DNA of 64,000 nt from Chitinophagales bacterium (lineage in GTDB: Bacteria > Bacteroidota > Bacteroidia > Chitinophagales > JADIYW01), in NCBI GenBank assembly GCA_046329865.1, contig JAXLTW010000004.1, positions 91,533 to 155,532 on the forward strand, read 5' to 3'. Under the pieces are notes generated by a model. The model did not search any database. It was not told the DNA's origin and saw nothing but the letters and a program-made list of their open reading frames with translations. The stretch's first letter is position 1. Each line of letters begins with the position of its first letter. The translations under genes and the position numbers were made by a program. This document shows positions 16,975 to 26,265 of the stretch, one piece after another.

Positions 16975-19057
16975 TTACCACATTTTTGCCCGTTCTTCTT
17001 CCGGATTATACATGTCATCTCCCGGTTTCACTTTAAATGCTTTATGCAAATCCGCTAAATTGCTTAGTACGCCATTCACTCTGTATTTTGCCGGGGAGTG
17101 CGGGTCTGATAATATTTGTGCATTCTCATGGACTCCGGACGCATACTGTTCTCCAGACAATCGTATAATTAATAAATAGCGTTGTTCCGGTGTCAGCCGC
17201 TGATTAATTTAGGCGCATTTCCGACAGCGCTTTTTTAAGCGCATTGAAGCCGATCATCATACCGCCTAAATCAGCGATGTTCTCACCTAATGTCAATGCA
17301 CCGTTTACATAGATGTTGTCTTCCGGAAAAGGAGAGTATTTGCTGTATTGTGCTACAAATTTATCGGTTAATGCTTCATAGCGTTTTTTGTCTTCCGGTG
17401 TCCACCAGTTTTTCAGGTTACCTTCGGCATCATATTGACAGCCTTCGTCATCAAAACCATGTGTGATTTCGTGACCGATAACCATTCCAATGCCACCATA
17501 GTTGACCGCATCATCGCCGTTGGCATAAAAGAAAGGTGGCTGCAGGATGGCTGCCGGAAATACAATCTCATTAATCAACGGATTGTAATACGCGTTGACG
17601 GTTTGTGGCCCCATCAACCATTCTGTGCGGTCGATTTTATCTTTTTTCATTCGTTCCAGCACGCGCAGGTTTTCAGCATAAGAACAGTTTAACACATTTA
17701 AAACATACGGCTGATTGCTGACATCGGTTTTTTCATACGTCCACCATTTATCCGGATAGCCGATTTTTACATCAATTTTCTGGAGTTTCTCCAGTGCTTT
17801 TGCCTTGGTTTCAGCGCCCATCCATTCCAGGTTGTTGATACGTTCAGCCAGCGATGCACGAATGTTTTCAACCAGATCGATTGCGCGTTTTTTAGCTAAC
17901 GGAGAAAATTTGGTTTTCACATATTCCTGTCCGATTAAATCTCTGAGCAGGTCTTCGGAAATGCGGGAAACGCGTTTCCAACGAGGTTCCATCGTTTTAA
18001 CACCGCCCAATGTTTTTCCAAAGAAATCAAACCGCGCCTGTACAATTTCGCTGTTCAGGTATTTCGCATTGGAATTGATTAAATGGAATTGCTGATAAGA
18101 TACCCATTTGTCGAGCGGCAGGGCAACCAGCAAACTATCCAGTGCATGCATAAAAGTTGGCTGACCTACTATGATTTCTTTGGGTGCTGCGTTCATTTCT
18201 CCAAAAAATGCATCCCAGTCAAAATTTTTGAATTCACTTTTTAAACGGTCGATTGTATATAAATTATAATTCTTTTCCGGATCGCGTAATTCCAATTTTG
18301 ACAAAGAAGCTTTTGCTATGGCCATTTCCACTTCCAGTACCTGCTCAGCCAGTTGATCAGCGGGAACTGTTTTATCCAGTTTCGCCAATGTCATAATTGA
18401 TTTAATATAACCTTTGTAAGCTTCCAGATTTTTTTTCGATTTTTCATCCGTGCGGAAATAAAAATCCCGGTCAGGCAGTCCTAATCCGCCCTGACTGATA
18501 TACATGACATAACGGGTGGAGTTTTTTGCATCCACTTCCACATAATAGCCAATCGGAGTATTGATATTACGCAGTTGCAATTTTGCCATATCTTTTGCAA
18601 AGGCCTGAGGTGTAGTGGCATTCTGAATATCTTCCAGCCATCCCTGAAGGGGTTGTACACCTGCTTTATCTATTGCTGCGGTATCCATGGCACTTCTGTA
18701 AAAATCACCGAGAATCTGCAGGTTAGAGCCTTTGGGAGCTTTTATTTTCAGGTTGGCGGCATTCTCTAAGATGCGTTTTATGACAATTCTGCTTTCTTCA
18801 TCTAATTTTTCGAACATGCCAAAACCTGCTTTGTCATTAGGGATAGGATTTGACTTTATCCATTTTTCGTTGACATAGTCATAAAAGTCTTTAGTGGGTT
18901 TGGTGGTGGCGCTGAAGTCGCTGGTTTTGATGGCGACATCTTTTACTGCCTTAGTTACGGTTTTTTGTGGGGATGTCTTTACCGCTGCCGGTTCTGCTGC
19001 CATTGCCGAAAAGCTGAAAGCTGATACCAACAATGCAGGAAAAATTGTTTTATTCAT
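16975..19057 (-). pseudogene. M13-family zinc metallopeptidase (PepO / endothelin-converting-enzyme-like) disrupted near the 3' end
   Basis: The 617-aa ORF carries VIGHEITHGFD and GENIADLGG, then stops at the TAA at 17204-17206. The conserved C-terminus (SDPHSPAKYRVNG...ERAKMW) is in another frame (16975-17160). See the finding at 17140-17210. Confidence 0.8.
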
Positions 19058-19125
19058 AGATAAAAATAATTAAGTTGCAAAATTAGTAGAAAGAAGTGAC
19101 TTAATATTACAATAAGTACAACTAT

Positions 19126-19623
19126 TTATTGCTTCAGGTCACTGACGACAGGTTCTCCTTTTCTTGAATATTTCATCCAGGTACGCTCGTGCAGGTAGTA
19201 CAGGAAAACTTTGGTGATGACTTCCGTAAAGCCGATTTTTAAGGCTTTGCTGTAATCGCCTGTCCAGAATGTGGCAATAATGATGGTGTCCAAAGTTCCT
19301 ACGATACGCCAGCTGATGCCTTTTACGACACTTCTTAGGTGAGATTCTTTCCAGATATCGTCTTTGTGTTCATAATCGCTTAATTCTTCAGCGGTCAGTT
19401 GTTTCTGGGTTTCCAGCCTGATTAATCCCCATTTTATTTTAAACCAGCCCCTTTCATGCAGATAAAAGAGAAAAATTTTAGTAAAAACTTCCGTAAAGCC
19501 TATTTTCAGCGCATTGCCAATGCTTCCTGTGAAAATATAGGACAGCATCATGGTGTCGAGCGTTCCGATAATTCTCCAGGTAACCCCTTTGGTCAGACTG
19601 ATAAAGTGCTTGTCTTTTTGCAT
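19126..19623 (-). CDS. Membrane protein with two tandem DUF2061-like repeats
   Basis: Internal duplication: KGVTWRIIGTLDT...FTEVFTKIFLFYLHERGW aligns with KGISWRIVGTLDT...FTEVITKVFLYYLHERTW. Confidence 0.6.
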   Translation of the reverse strand: MQKDKHFISLTKGVTWRIIGTLDTMMLSYIFTGSIGNALKIGFTEVFTKIFLFYLHERGWFKIKWGLIRLETQKQLTAEELSDYEHKDDIWKESHLRSVVKGISWRIVGTLDTIIIATFWTGDYSKALKIGFTEVITKVFLYYLHERTWMKYSRKGEPVVSDLKQ

Positions 19624-19701
19624 ACTATAATTATATAGTCTATGGGATTAGTCGAGTATAAAAATACACAATAATTTGATTTTGTGTACTCTTTACGGAA
19701 A

Positions 19702-20286
19702 TTAATATAATCGAACCGGAAACTCAACTTCGATATCACTTTCGCCATCCGCATTGGTGATGTCACCCGAAGCCACACCGGCTGCATTTTTTGCAGGTTC
19801 ATGTCGCAGGGTGATGCGGAACGAACCGTTAGTCAGGGTGTTTGAAGTGGCGCAACGGAATGCATTGCCAATGGGAAACCCGTTCTTGTCAGCATCCAGA
19901 TAAGAAATAGAGTTCAGCAACTCAGCAGGCGATGACATAAAGAAAAACTGGTGTTCTTCGCCCAATTCAATGATCTCATTCGTAACGGTATCCGCCGGAA
20001 AGTCGCGCTCGTCCAGCAGTAAAAGTGTGGCATTATACGTTCGGTTCTTAGGTAACAGGATGCTGTCCTGTACCGGAGGTTCGCCGCCTTCGCCATCTAT
20101 ATCCGTAAAAGAGAAGGAGTAAGAGGTATACGGAGCAGTCGTATCCGTAAAGGTAATACGAAGGGTAGTGATCAATTCTTGTTCCGGGGCAGGGGTGCGC
20201 GGTTCTTTGCGACATCCTGATACACCCCAAAACAAAATTATGAAGAGTAAGATACGACGGATATTGAAAGTAGACATAGGGTGCAA
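19702..20286 (-). CDS. Hypothetical lipoprotein co-transcribed with the upstream TonB-dependent receptor
   Basis: Lipobox GVSGC. It begins 1 nt after the receptor gene ends. Confidence 0.55.
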   Translation of the reverse strand: MHPMSTFNIRRILLFIILFWGVSGCRKEPRTPAPEQELITTLRITFTDTTAPYTSYSFSFTDIDGEGGEPPVQDSILLPKNRTYNATLLLLDERDFPADTVTNEIIELGEEHQFFFMSSPAELLNSISYLDADKNGFPIGNAFRCATSNTLTNGSFRITLRHEPAKNAAGVASGDITNADGESDIEVEFPVRLY

Positions 20287-22662
20287 TTAGTCTTGATGAA
20301 AGGTATATTTTAAACGGAAAATCAGATTCCACCCGGTTTCATCTGAATAATACCGGAAGCGGTTCAGGTAATCCCGGTAGACGGTATTGGTCATATTTTC
20401 CGCAGTTACAGAAAACGACAGCCGGTGTTGTTGCCGTATGATGTAATCGAATCCGGCTTCGCTGTTCAGCATGGTGTATGCATCCGGATCAGGTTTATAA
20501 TCGGGGATCAATGCCGGTGTGTTTAGTTGTTTAAAGACATGCGACACTTGTAGTGCCAGATGCACATTTTGTACGTGTTTAAAATCGTGGTGCAATTCAA
20601 CAGAACCGCTAATACGATCGGAAGGCAAATAGATCAGGTGGTCGTTAGCAGAGGTGTTTCTTCCACGCACAATCGATGCTTTAAACCCAAGGCTGAGGTA
20701 GTTGAGCGGGTCACTGCTCAGAGTGACATCCAGGCCGAGCAAACGGGCATTGGTTTGATAGTAGCGGAATGCAGGAAAAGCGCCGCGTATGGTTAGTACA
20801 GGATCCGGCAACGGCGCCAGATAGATGTAATCGCGAATAGAAGAGAGATAAAAGGTCAGTTCTGCCTGAAGGTATTTTTGATAATGCATACTGGCCGTAT
20901 TTACCCACTTGATGCCCTTTTCCGGGCGCAGGTTCTCGTTGCCAAATTCCAGTGCGGCAATGCCATGGTGCAGGCCTTCGCTGAACAATTCGCTGGCATT
21001 CGGAAAACGCGAAGAGTAGGAGAGGTTGGTTTGTAATTGAATTATATCGGTGTTGTTGTGCCAACTTGCCCCACCTGTGAAGGCATACGTATGAAAGTTG
21101 TATACCGGTTTCAGTAAAGTATTCTTCTTATCGAATTTATAGCCATAAAATTTCGTGAACTCATAGCGTGCTCCTGCCTCCAGTACGAAATTGCCGATAG
21201 TGTAGGTTTCCATGTCATAGATGCCCAACGTGTACTGGTAGTAATCCGGTATCAAGGGACGGATACCAGTTTCGGGATTATTGGCATTGTGTTTGGCTAA
21301 AAAGTTGACACCCGATTTTCCCTGCAAACGGCTGTCGTGTTTGGCAAAAGAAAACGAGCGGCTGTAGGATGCAGCAAGATTATTCGATAATAAGCGCATA
21401 TCCAGGGCAGGGATGGAAGAGCGATTTCCACGACGGATATCAAACTCTTTCCGGTTGTTCAATTGAACTGAATAGATGATAACAACATGTTGGTCGTTGT
21501 GAAAGAATTTACTGATCGTAAGTTTACTCAGATGATGCGTAATTTTTTGTTGCGGGTTTTCCAATGCGTAGGTGAAGGGACGCACGATCAGCGGCGTGTC
21601 ACGGGCAATGGCGTTGTTGAGGTCAGTGAGGTTGCCGATGTGGGCACTTCGCAGGATACCGAGTTGCTGGCGGAACAACGCATAATAGACATTTACGTCC
21701 CATCCCTTTTTCAGAAAGCCCATACCGGCGGAAAAGTTGCCTTCGCGCTGGCCGGTATTGGTCAGGTTGTAACGCGGTGTCTGCTGGTCGCCTGCAAATT
21801 TGAAAGTCCCTTGCAGAAAATATGCCACCTGTTTTTTGAACCCTTGTTCCACGCGTGCAGAAGCAGTGATCCCACGATCGTTGGTCTGACCGACCAGGCT
21901 CAGTGAAGCGAGCAGGTGCTGCTTTTTTTTCAGCACAGCAGGTTCCATCAGTACCATGCCACCCATGGCATCCGTGCCGTATTCCAGGCTGCCGGCGCCT
22001 TTCACAACCTTGATCGTGTTGGAGGCAAAAGGATCGATTTCCGGGGCGTGGTCGGTGCCCCAGTCCTGGGTTTCCAGGCGCACGCCGTTGCTGATGATGG
22101 ATATACGGTCGCCATACATACCATGTATGACGGGCTTGCTGATGGTCGTGCCGGTTTTCAATTGGTTCACACCTGCAATCGTTGACAGTATACTGCCGAG
22201 GTCTTTTCCTTCCAGTTTGGAGAGCGTTTTGCTGTCGATCTCGCTGGTCGTTTGGGTGTGCTCATGTACCGATTTAGTAGCTACTGCCGTTATCTCTGCC
22301 AGTTCTTCTTCGTGATGCTCTAAATAAAAATCATGTTCAGTATTTGCCGTCAGGGTGAGTTGTACGGTATCCGGAGTACAGCCTACATGTTCAATGACAA
22401 AAGTGTAAGTGCCGGTACAAAGATTCTTGAACTCGTAATGGCCAGCTGCATCGGCAGCGGTTCCTTGTTGCAATTCCACGATATAAATATTGGCGAAATC
22501 CAGCCTGGATTGCTCGTGCCGGTCGATGATATTTCCGCTGATGGAAAGATGGCAATCTTGTGAAGCCATAGCCAATGGTAATGCGATCAACATCAATAGT
22601 ACGGGCAATACTTTATGCAACATAATTGCAAATATAAAAAATCCATTTTGTATATGCAACAA
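20287..22662 (-). CDS. TonB-dependent receptor with CarboxypepD_reg-like N-terminal domain
   Basis: The plug and barrel end in the aromatic terminus YTFHQD. The N-terminal segment is GNIIDRHEQSRLDFANIYI. The more likely start is the internal Met at 22623, which gives the signal peptide MLHKVLPVLLMLIALPLAMA. Confidence 0.85.
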   Translation of the reverse strand: MLHIQNGFFIFAIMLHKVLPVLLMLIALPLAMASQDCHLSISGNIIDRHEQSRLDFANIYIVELQQGTAADAAGHYEFKNLCTGTYTFVIEHVGCTPDTVQLTLTANTEHDFYLEHHEEELAEITAVATKSVHEHTQTTSEIDSKTLSKLEGKDLGSILSTIAGVNQLKTGTTISKPVIHGMYGDRISIISNGVRLETQDWGTDHAPEIDPFASNTIKVVKGAGSLEYGTDAMGGMVLMEPAVLKKKQHLLASLSLVGQTNDRGITASARVEQGFKKQVAYFLQGTFKFAGDQQTPRYNLTNTGQREGNFSAGMGFLKKGWDVNVYYALFRQQLGILRSAHIGNLTDLNNAIARDTPLIVRPFTYALENPQQKITHHLSKLTISKFFHNDQHVVIIYSVQLNNRKEFDIRRGNRSSIPALDMRLLSNNLAASYSRSFSFAKHDSRLQGKSGVNFLAKHNANNPETGIRPLIPDYYQYTLGIYDMETYTIGNFVLEAGARYEFTKFYGYKFDKKNTLLKPVYNFHTYAFTGGASWHNNTDIIQLQTNLSYSSRFPNASELFSEGLHHGIAALEFGNENLRPEKGIKWVNTASMHYQKYLQAELTFYLSSIRDYIYLAPLPDPVLTIRGAFPAFRYYQTNARLLGLDVTLSSDPLNYLSLGFKASIVRGRNTSANDHLIYLPSDRISGSVELHHDFKHVQNVHLALQVSHVFKQLNTPALIPDYKPDPDAYTMLNSEAGFDYIIRQQHRLSFSVTAENMTNTVYRDYLNRFRYYSDETGWNLIFRLKYTFHQD

Positions 22663-22745
22663 GATTGCAGGATTCAGAATGAAGTAAGTTAGAACATGGT
22701 TAGTGTCTGAAGATAGCTGGTCGTCAGGTTGATTTTAGCATTGAG

Positions 22746-23069
22746 ATTTCAGGTGTATGATTGGGGTTTGTACTAAGTCAGTTTCCAGCACGTTGTGTCT
22801 TTTCGGCGAGACACGAAGAGAAAACTTGCAGAAGTCGTGAGTAGTGAGTATTAAGTATTAAGTAGTGAGACTTCAGATATAAGATTGGGATTTGCACTCA
22901 GCCCGTTTCCAGCCCGCTGTGTATTTTCGACGAGGCACGATGAGAAAACTTGTAGGAGTCGTTAGTATTGAGTATTTAGTAGTGAGACTTCAGATATAAG
23001 ATTGGGATTTGCACTCAGCCCGTTTCCAACACGCTGTGTCCTTTCGACGAGGCACGAGGAGAAAACTTG
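22746..23069. repeat. Tandem intergenic repeat of about 117-123 bp, roughly 2.7 copies
   Basis: Units start at 22746, 22869 and 22986. The shared core is CAGATATAAGATTGGGATTTGCACTCAGCCCGTTTCCA...GAGAAAACTTG. Confidence 0.8.
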
Positions 23070-23130
23070 CCCGAATCTCTGGTTAAGCTAGAATTATCCA
23101 GAAAATAGGAGGTTCAATTAACCTGCATAA

Positions 23131-23159
23131 AATAAAAAAGTCCCGACGTAAGTCGGGAC
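23131..23159 (-). terminator. Native terminator left behind with the displaced tRNA-Val 3' fragment
   Basis: GTCCCGAC-GTAA-GTCGGGAC hairpin, with a T-run on the minus strand directly after the tRNA fragment. Confidence 0.65.
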
Positions 23160-23162
23160 ATT

Positions 23163-23207
23163 GTGGGCGCACACGGATTCGAACCGCGGACCCTCTGCTT
23201 GTAAGGC
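23163..23207 (-). repeat. attL: 45-bp copy of the 3' part of tRNA-Val (anticodon loop to acceptor end), not a functional tRNA
   Basis: 43 of 45 positions are identical to 29137-29181. Homology ends at the anticodon-loop position. Confidence 0.85.
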
Positions 23208-23310
23208 GACAGATTTGCACCTTTCGTATAATCTACATATCTTTAAAGTAGTTGATAATCAATAGGATTTGATGTAATATGCAGGTATATATTTGAATAT
23301 GTTGTTAGCA

Positions 23311-23330
23311 TTTACTTGCGAAATACTTGC
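23311..23330 (+). promoter_or_regulatory. 20-bp repeat TTTACTTGCGAAATACTTGC, copy 1 (candidate integrase arm-type site or promoter operator)
   Basis: Identical 20-mer at 29068-29087 in the same orientation. It contains an internal TACTTGC-GAAA-TACTTGC direct repeat. Confidence 0.5.
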
Positions 23331-23362
23331 GAAAAAAATTTGAACCTTAAAAACTACATACT

Positions 23363-24628
23363 ATGAATACTACTGTTGTTTTTTCATTAGACTATCGTAC
23401 TCCCAAGAAAGATGGCACCTGTGCTTTATTACTTAGAATTATTCATCATGGAAAACCTGCACAAATTACGACAGGGATTTATTTACATGAGAAGGATTGG
23501 GATGACAAAAAGCGTCTTATTAAGTCATCCTATAAAGGAACTGAATCAATAACCCGCCTAAATAATTACTTACAAAAACAAAAAGCCGAAGCACTTGATA
23601 TTATTACTAAACTTGCCGATAATAAAACGTTAGATTCATTTTCTGTTTATGACCTCAAAGACCTTATTAAAAAGAAATCTGACAAGGTTTCTTTTATTAA
23701 ATATACGGAAAAATTGATAGAACAGCTTAAAGAAGTAAATAGAATTGGAAATGCACGGGCTTACAAATCTGCCTTAGATGCTTTGAAATCCTTTAATAAA
23801 GATAAAGATGTATCGTTTCAGGAAATAAATCTACGGTTTTTAGAAAAGTTTGAAAGTTCCCACTTAGCCAAAGGAAATAGTTATAATAGCATTTCTGCTT
23901 ATTTACGTGCGACTAGAGCAATATATAATAAGGCTATCAAAGATGGTATTATTGAAAGAGAGCTATACCCTTTTGACAAATTTACTATTAAGAGCACCAA
24001 AACCCGTAAACGAGCAATTGGATTGGATGCTATAAGCAAAATAGAGGCTTTGAAATTTAAATCAACGGAACTCGCATTTCACGCACGAAATTATTTTTTA
24101 TTTAGCTTCTACACACGAGGTATGCCTTTTGCAGATATGGCAGAATTAAAACTTTCAAATCTTATAGATGGAAGAATATTTTATCAACGTAAAAAGACAG
24201 ATAAGCCCTATAACATTAAAATTACTGCTGAGATCAAAAGGATTTTGGATTTTTATGTAAAAGATAAAGAAAAGGATGAATACATTTTTAATATCATTAA
24301 AAGAGAATCAATTACAGATCAATATAAAGACGTTGAGTGGGCAAGAAAAAGGTATAATAAGAAACTAAAATACATTGCAGAGTTGTGTGGTATTCAAGAA
24401 AATTTAACTAGTTATGTGTCTCGTCACAGCTTTGCTACTCGAGCAAAAAATTTACAAATTCCAATAGCTGATATATCTGATATGTTAGGTCATGAGAGTA
24501 TTAAAACTACTGAAGTATATTTAGATAGTTTACCAAGTGATATTTTAGATGAATACCATAAGAAGGTAATAAACTTGAAGCTTAAAATTGTTAATTCTAA
24601 ATATAAAATACAAAAAGGGACTAATTAG
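23363..24628 (+). CDS. Site-specific tyrosine recombinase (Bacteroidota phage-integrase type)
   Basis: The C-terminal catalytic region is SRHSFATRAKNLQIPIADISDMLGHESIKTTEVYL (R...HxxR...Y). The N-terminus is Arm/SAM-like. It is adjacent to attL. Confidence 0.9.
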   Translation: MNTTVVFSLDYRTPKKDGTCALLLRIIHHGKPAQITTGIYLHEKDWDDKKRLIKSSYKGTESITRLNNYLQKQKAEALDIITKLADNKTLDSFSVYDLKDLIKKKSDKVSFIKYTEKLIEQLKEVNRIGNARAYKSALDALKSFNKDKDVSFQEINLRFLEKFESSHLAKGNSYNSISAYLRATRAIYNKAIKDGIIERELYPFDKFTIKSTKTRKRAIGLDAISKIEALKFKSTELAFHARNYFLFSFYTRGMPFADMAELKLSNLIDGRIFYQRKKTDKPYNIKITAEIKRILDFYVKDKEKDEYIFNIIKRESITDQYKDVEWARKRYNKKLKYIAELCGIQENLTSYVSRHSFATRAKNLQIPIADISDMLGHESIKTTEVYLDSLPSDILDEYHKKVINLKLKIVNSKYKIQKGTN

Positions 24629-24791
24629 TAGTTACTAAAGAACACAGAAGCAACTTTATTAAAAGGTATTTGTATTAACCATATTGCTTATAGGTTCTGT
24701 CCAGCAGTACTTGTTTCCTCTTTTCGTTGACAGCAGAATAGTAAGCACTTTTGACAGTTCCATCAACTTTATTTTGCACCAATACATACTT

Positions 24792-24820
24792 AAAAAGGAG
24801 CCTTGTGGCTCCTTTTATTT
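24792..24820. terminator. Bidirectional terminator between the integrase and lipoprotein genes
   Basis: AAAAGGAGCC-TTGT-GGCTCCTTTT hairpin. Confidence 0.65.
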
Positions 24821-24837
24821 ACATGTGTAAGGGTTGA

Positions 24838-25374
24838 TTAGTATTTTCCTGCAAATTTACCGTTAGTAATATTTACATCAGTTCCATCGGTATCATTATG
24901 TAATGTACCGCTGAATGTACCTTCAATTTCGCTCGTTGTAACTTTGGTAACTACAATAGTAAATTCACTTTCAGACGGAGTAGCTGCCCATCCCGTTGCT
25001 CCCTTAGTATAGGTAAATGTAGGCAATACAGTAGATGATGGCATAGTTTTAAAATTATATGTACCAGGGGTAATATCAGCAGGCAGTAACATCATTACAA
25101 TTTCAGACGTGAAAGTTGAGGTATTCACGTAACTGGCAGCCAAGTTAATCTCAGCGCTAGATTTCGCAATGGTACTGACTAAGTCATTCGAATTAAAATT
25201 TCCTGATGTAGCACCAGAGCACGTTAAGGACACACGGCTTTTACCCGCAGCCAAAGGTGAGGAAGAAGTAGAATCCTTTTTACAAGAATTTAAAAAGAAA
25301 ACTACAGTAGCCAACATTAAAATAATTGAAGATCTTTTCATAAATAGATATTTATTTGTTTTTAATGACATCAA
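24838..25374 (-). CDS. Island lipoprotein, paralogue A
   Basis: Lipobox FLNSC. The C-terminal motif EIEGTFSGTLHNDTDGTDVNITNGKF is shared with the neighbouring gene. The likely start is the internal MKRSSIIL. Confidence 0.65.
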   Translation of the reverse strand: MMSLKTNKYLFMKRSSIILMLATVVFFLNSCKKDSTSSSPLAAGKSRVSLTCSGATSGNFNSNDLVSTIAKSSAEINLAASYVNTSTFTSEIVMMLLPADITPGTYNFKTMPSSTVLPTFTYTKGATGWAATPSESEFTIVVTKVTTSEIEGTFSGTLHNDTDGTDVNITNGKFAGKY

Positions 25375-25439
25375 AAATAATGCACTAAATTAAATAAATA
25401 AATACCGGATTGGTGGTATATACATCTTGTTTAAAAAAA

Positions 25440-25952
25440 TTAATGAGAAAAGATTGCATAGAAATTACCATTAGTTATCGAGATTTTTGAACTGTCAGAA
25501 GAATTGATGGCTGTTCCGCTAAAAGTACCTTCAATTTCAGCATAACTAACTTTAGTAATATTTACGGTAAAATTACTTCCAGTCCCAGCATTCCATATTC
25601 TGTCGTCATATGAATAAATATTCTTTTTTAAATATTTAAAACTTATATTGGGTGCACCTAGGTCATTTAAGTGGTATGTACCTGCTGTGATAGTAACCGG
25701 AATCAAAAGTGATGCATCTTCGCGGGTAGAAGTAGAATTATTTATATAAACTGCATCCAGCACCATCGAAGTAGAATTATAAGCACTAAAGCTGTACCCA
25801 TCATCTGATTTATAATTTCCAGATAATGCACCACCAATAGAACAAGATATTCTGCAACGACCCGGAAGCAGAACAGTATTCTGGTTTTTCTCTTTAGTAC
25901 AGCCGGAAATTAAAAGCATAGTTATTGTCGCAAAGAATAATAATTTTTTCAT
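25440..25952 (-). CDS. Island lipoprotein, paralogue B
   Basis: Lipobox LISGC. It contains EIEGTFSGTAINSSDSSKISITNGNF. Confidence 0.65.
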   Translation of the reverse strand: MKKLLFFATITMLLISGCTKEKNQNTVLLPGRCRISCSIGGALSGNYKSDDGYSFSAYNSTSMVLDAVYINNSTSTREDASLLIPVTITAGTYHLNDLGAPNISFKYLKKNIYSYDDRIWNAGTGSNFTVNITKVSYAEIEGTFSGTAINSSDSSKISITNGNFYAIFSH

Positions 25953-26265
25953 AGTTTAATTAATTACATCTCAAATTTAAAAATAATTATCAGATTTCAG
26001 ATTGACTAATGATAATAAGCGTAGTAGTTTATTTAAACAATAAAAAAGCATTGTAATTCAAATACAATTAAGTTTTTACTAACCCCCTTATTTATTAGAA
26101 TCATTTTATATTTAATAAGTATTAAATAAACTAAGGAAATGTTTTCTATCAATTATAATAGGCAATTAATATCAGAAACATAAAAAAATAATCTTTTGCA
26201 TACTAAATATCGCAATTTGGGTATAATTTTGGGATAAATTTTAGATACATTTAATTATATTAATT

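Noticed and set aside
20048-22687. Numerous 60-139-aa ORFs on both strands within the TonB-dependent receptor and lipoprotein genes
   Set aside because: They are shadow ORFs inside well-supported long frames and have no independent signals.
24663-24795. Possible small minus-strand coding remnant downstream of the integrase (reads ...YVLVQNKVDGTVKSAYYSAVNEKRKQVLLDRTYKQYG*)
   Set aside because: There is no start codon in that frame, and the upstream sequence is the terminator hairpin. It may be a gene fragment, but I cannot support a call.
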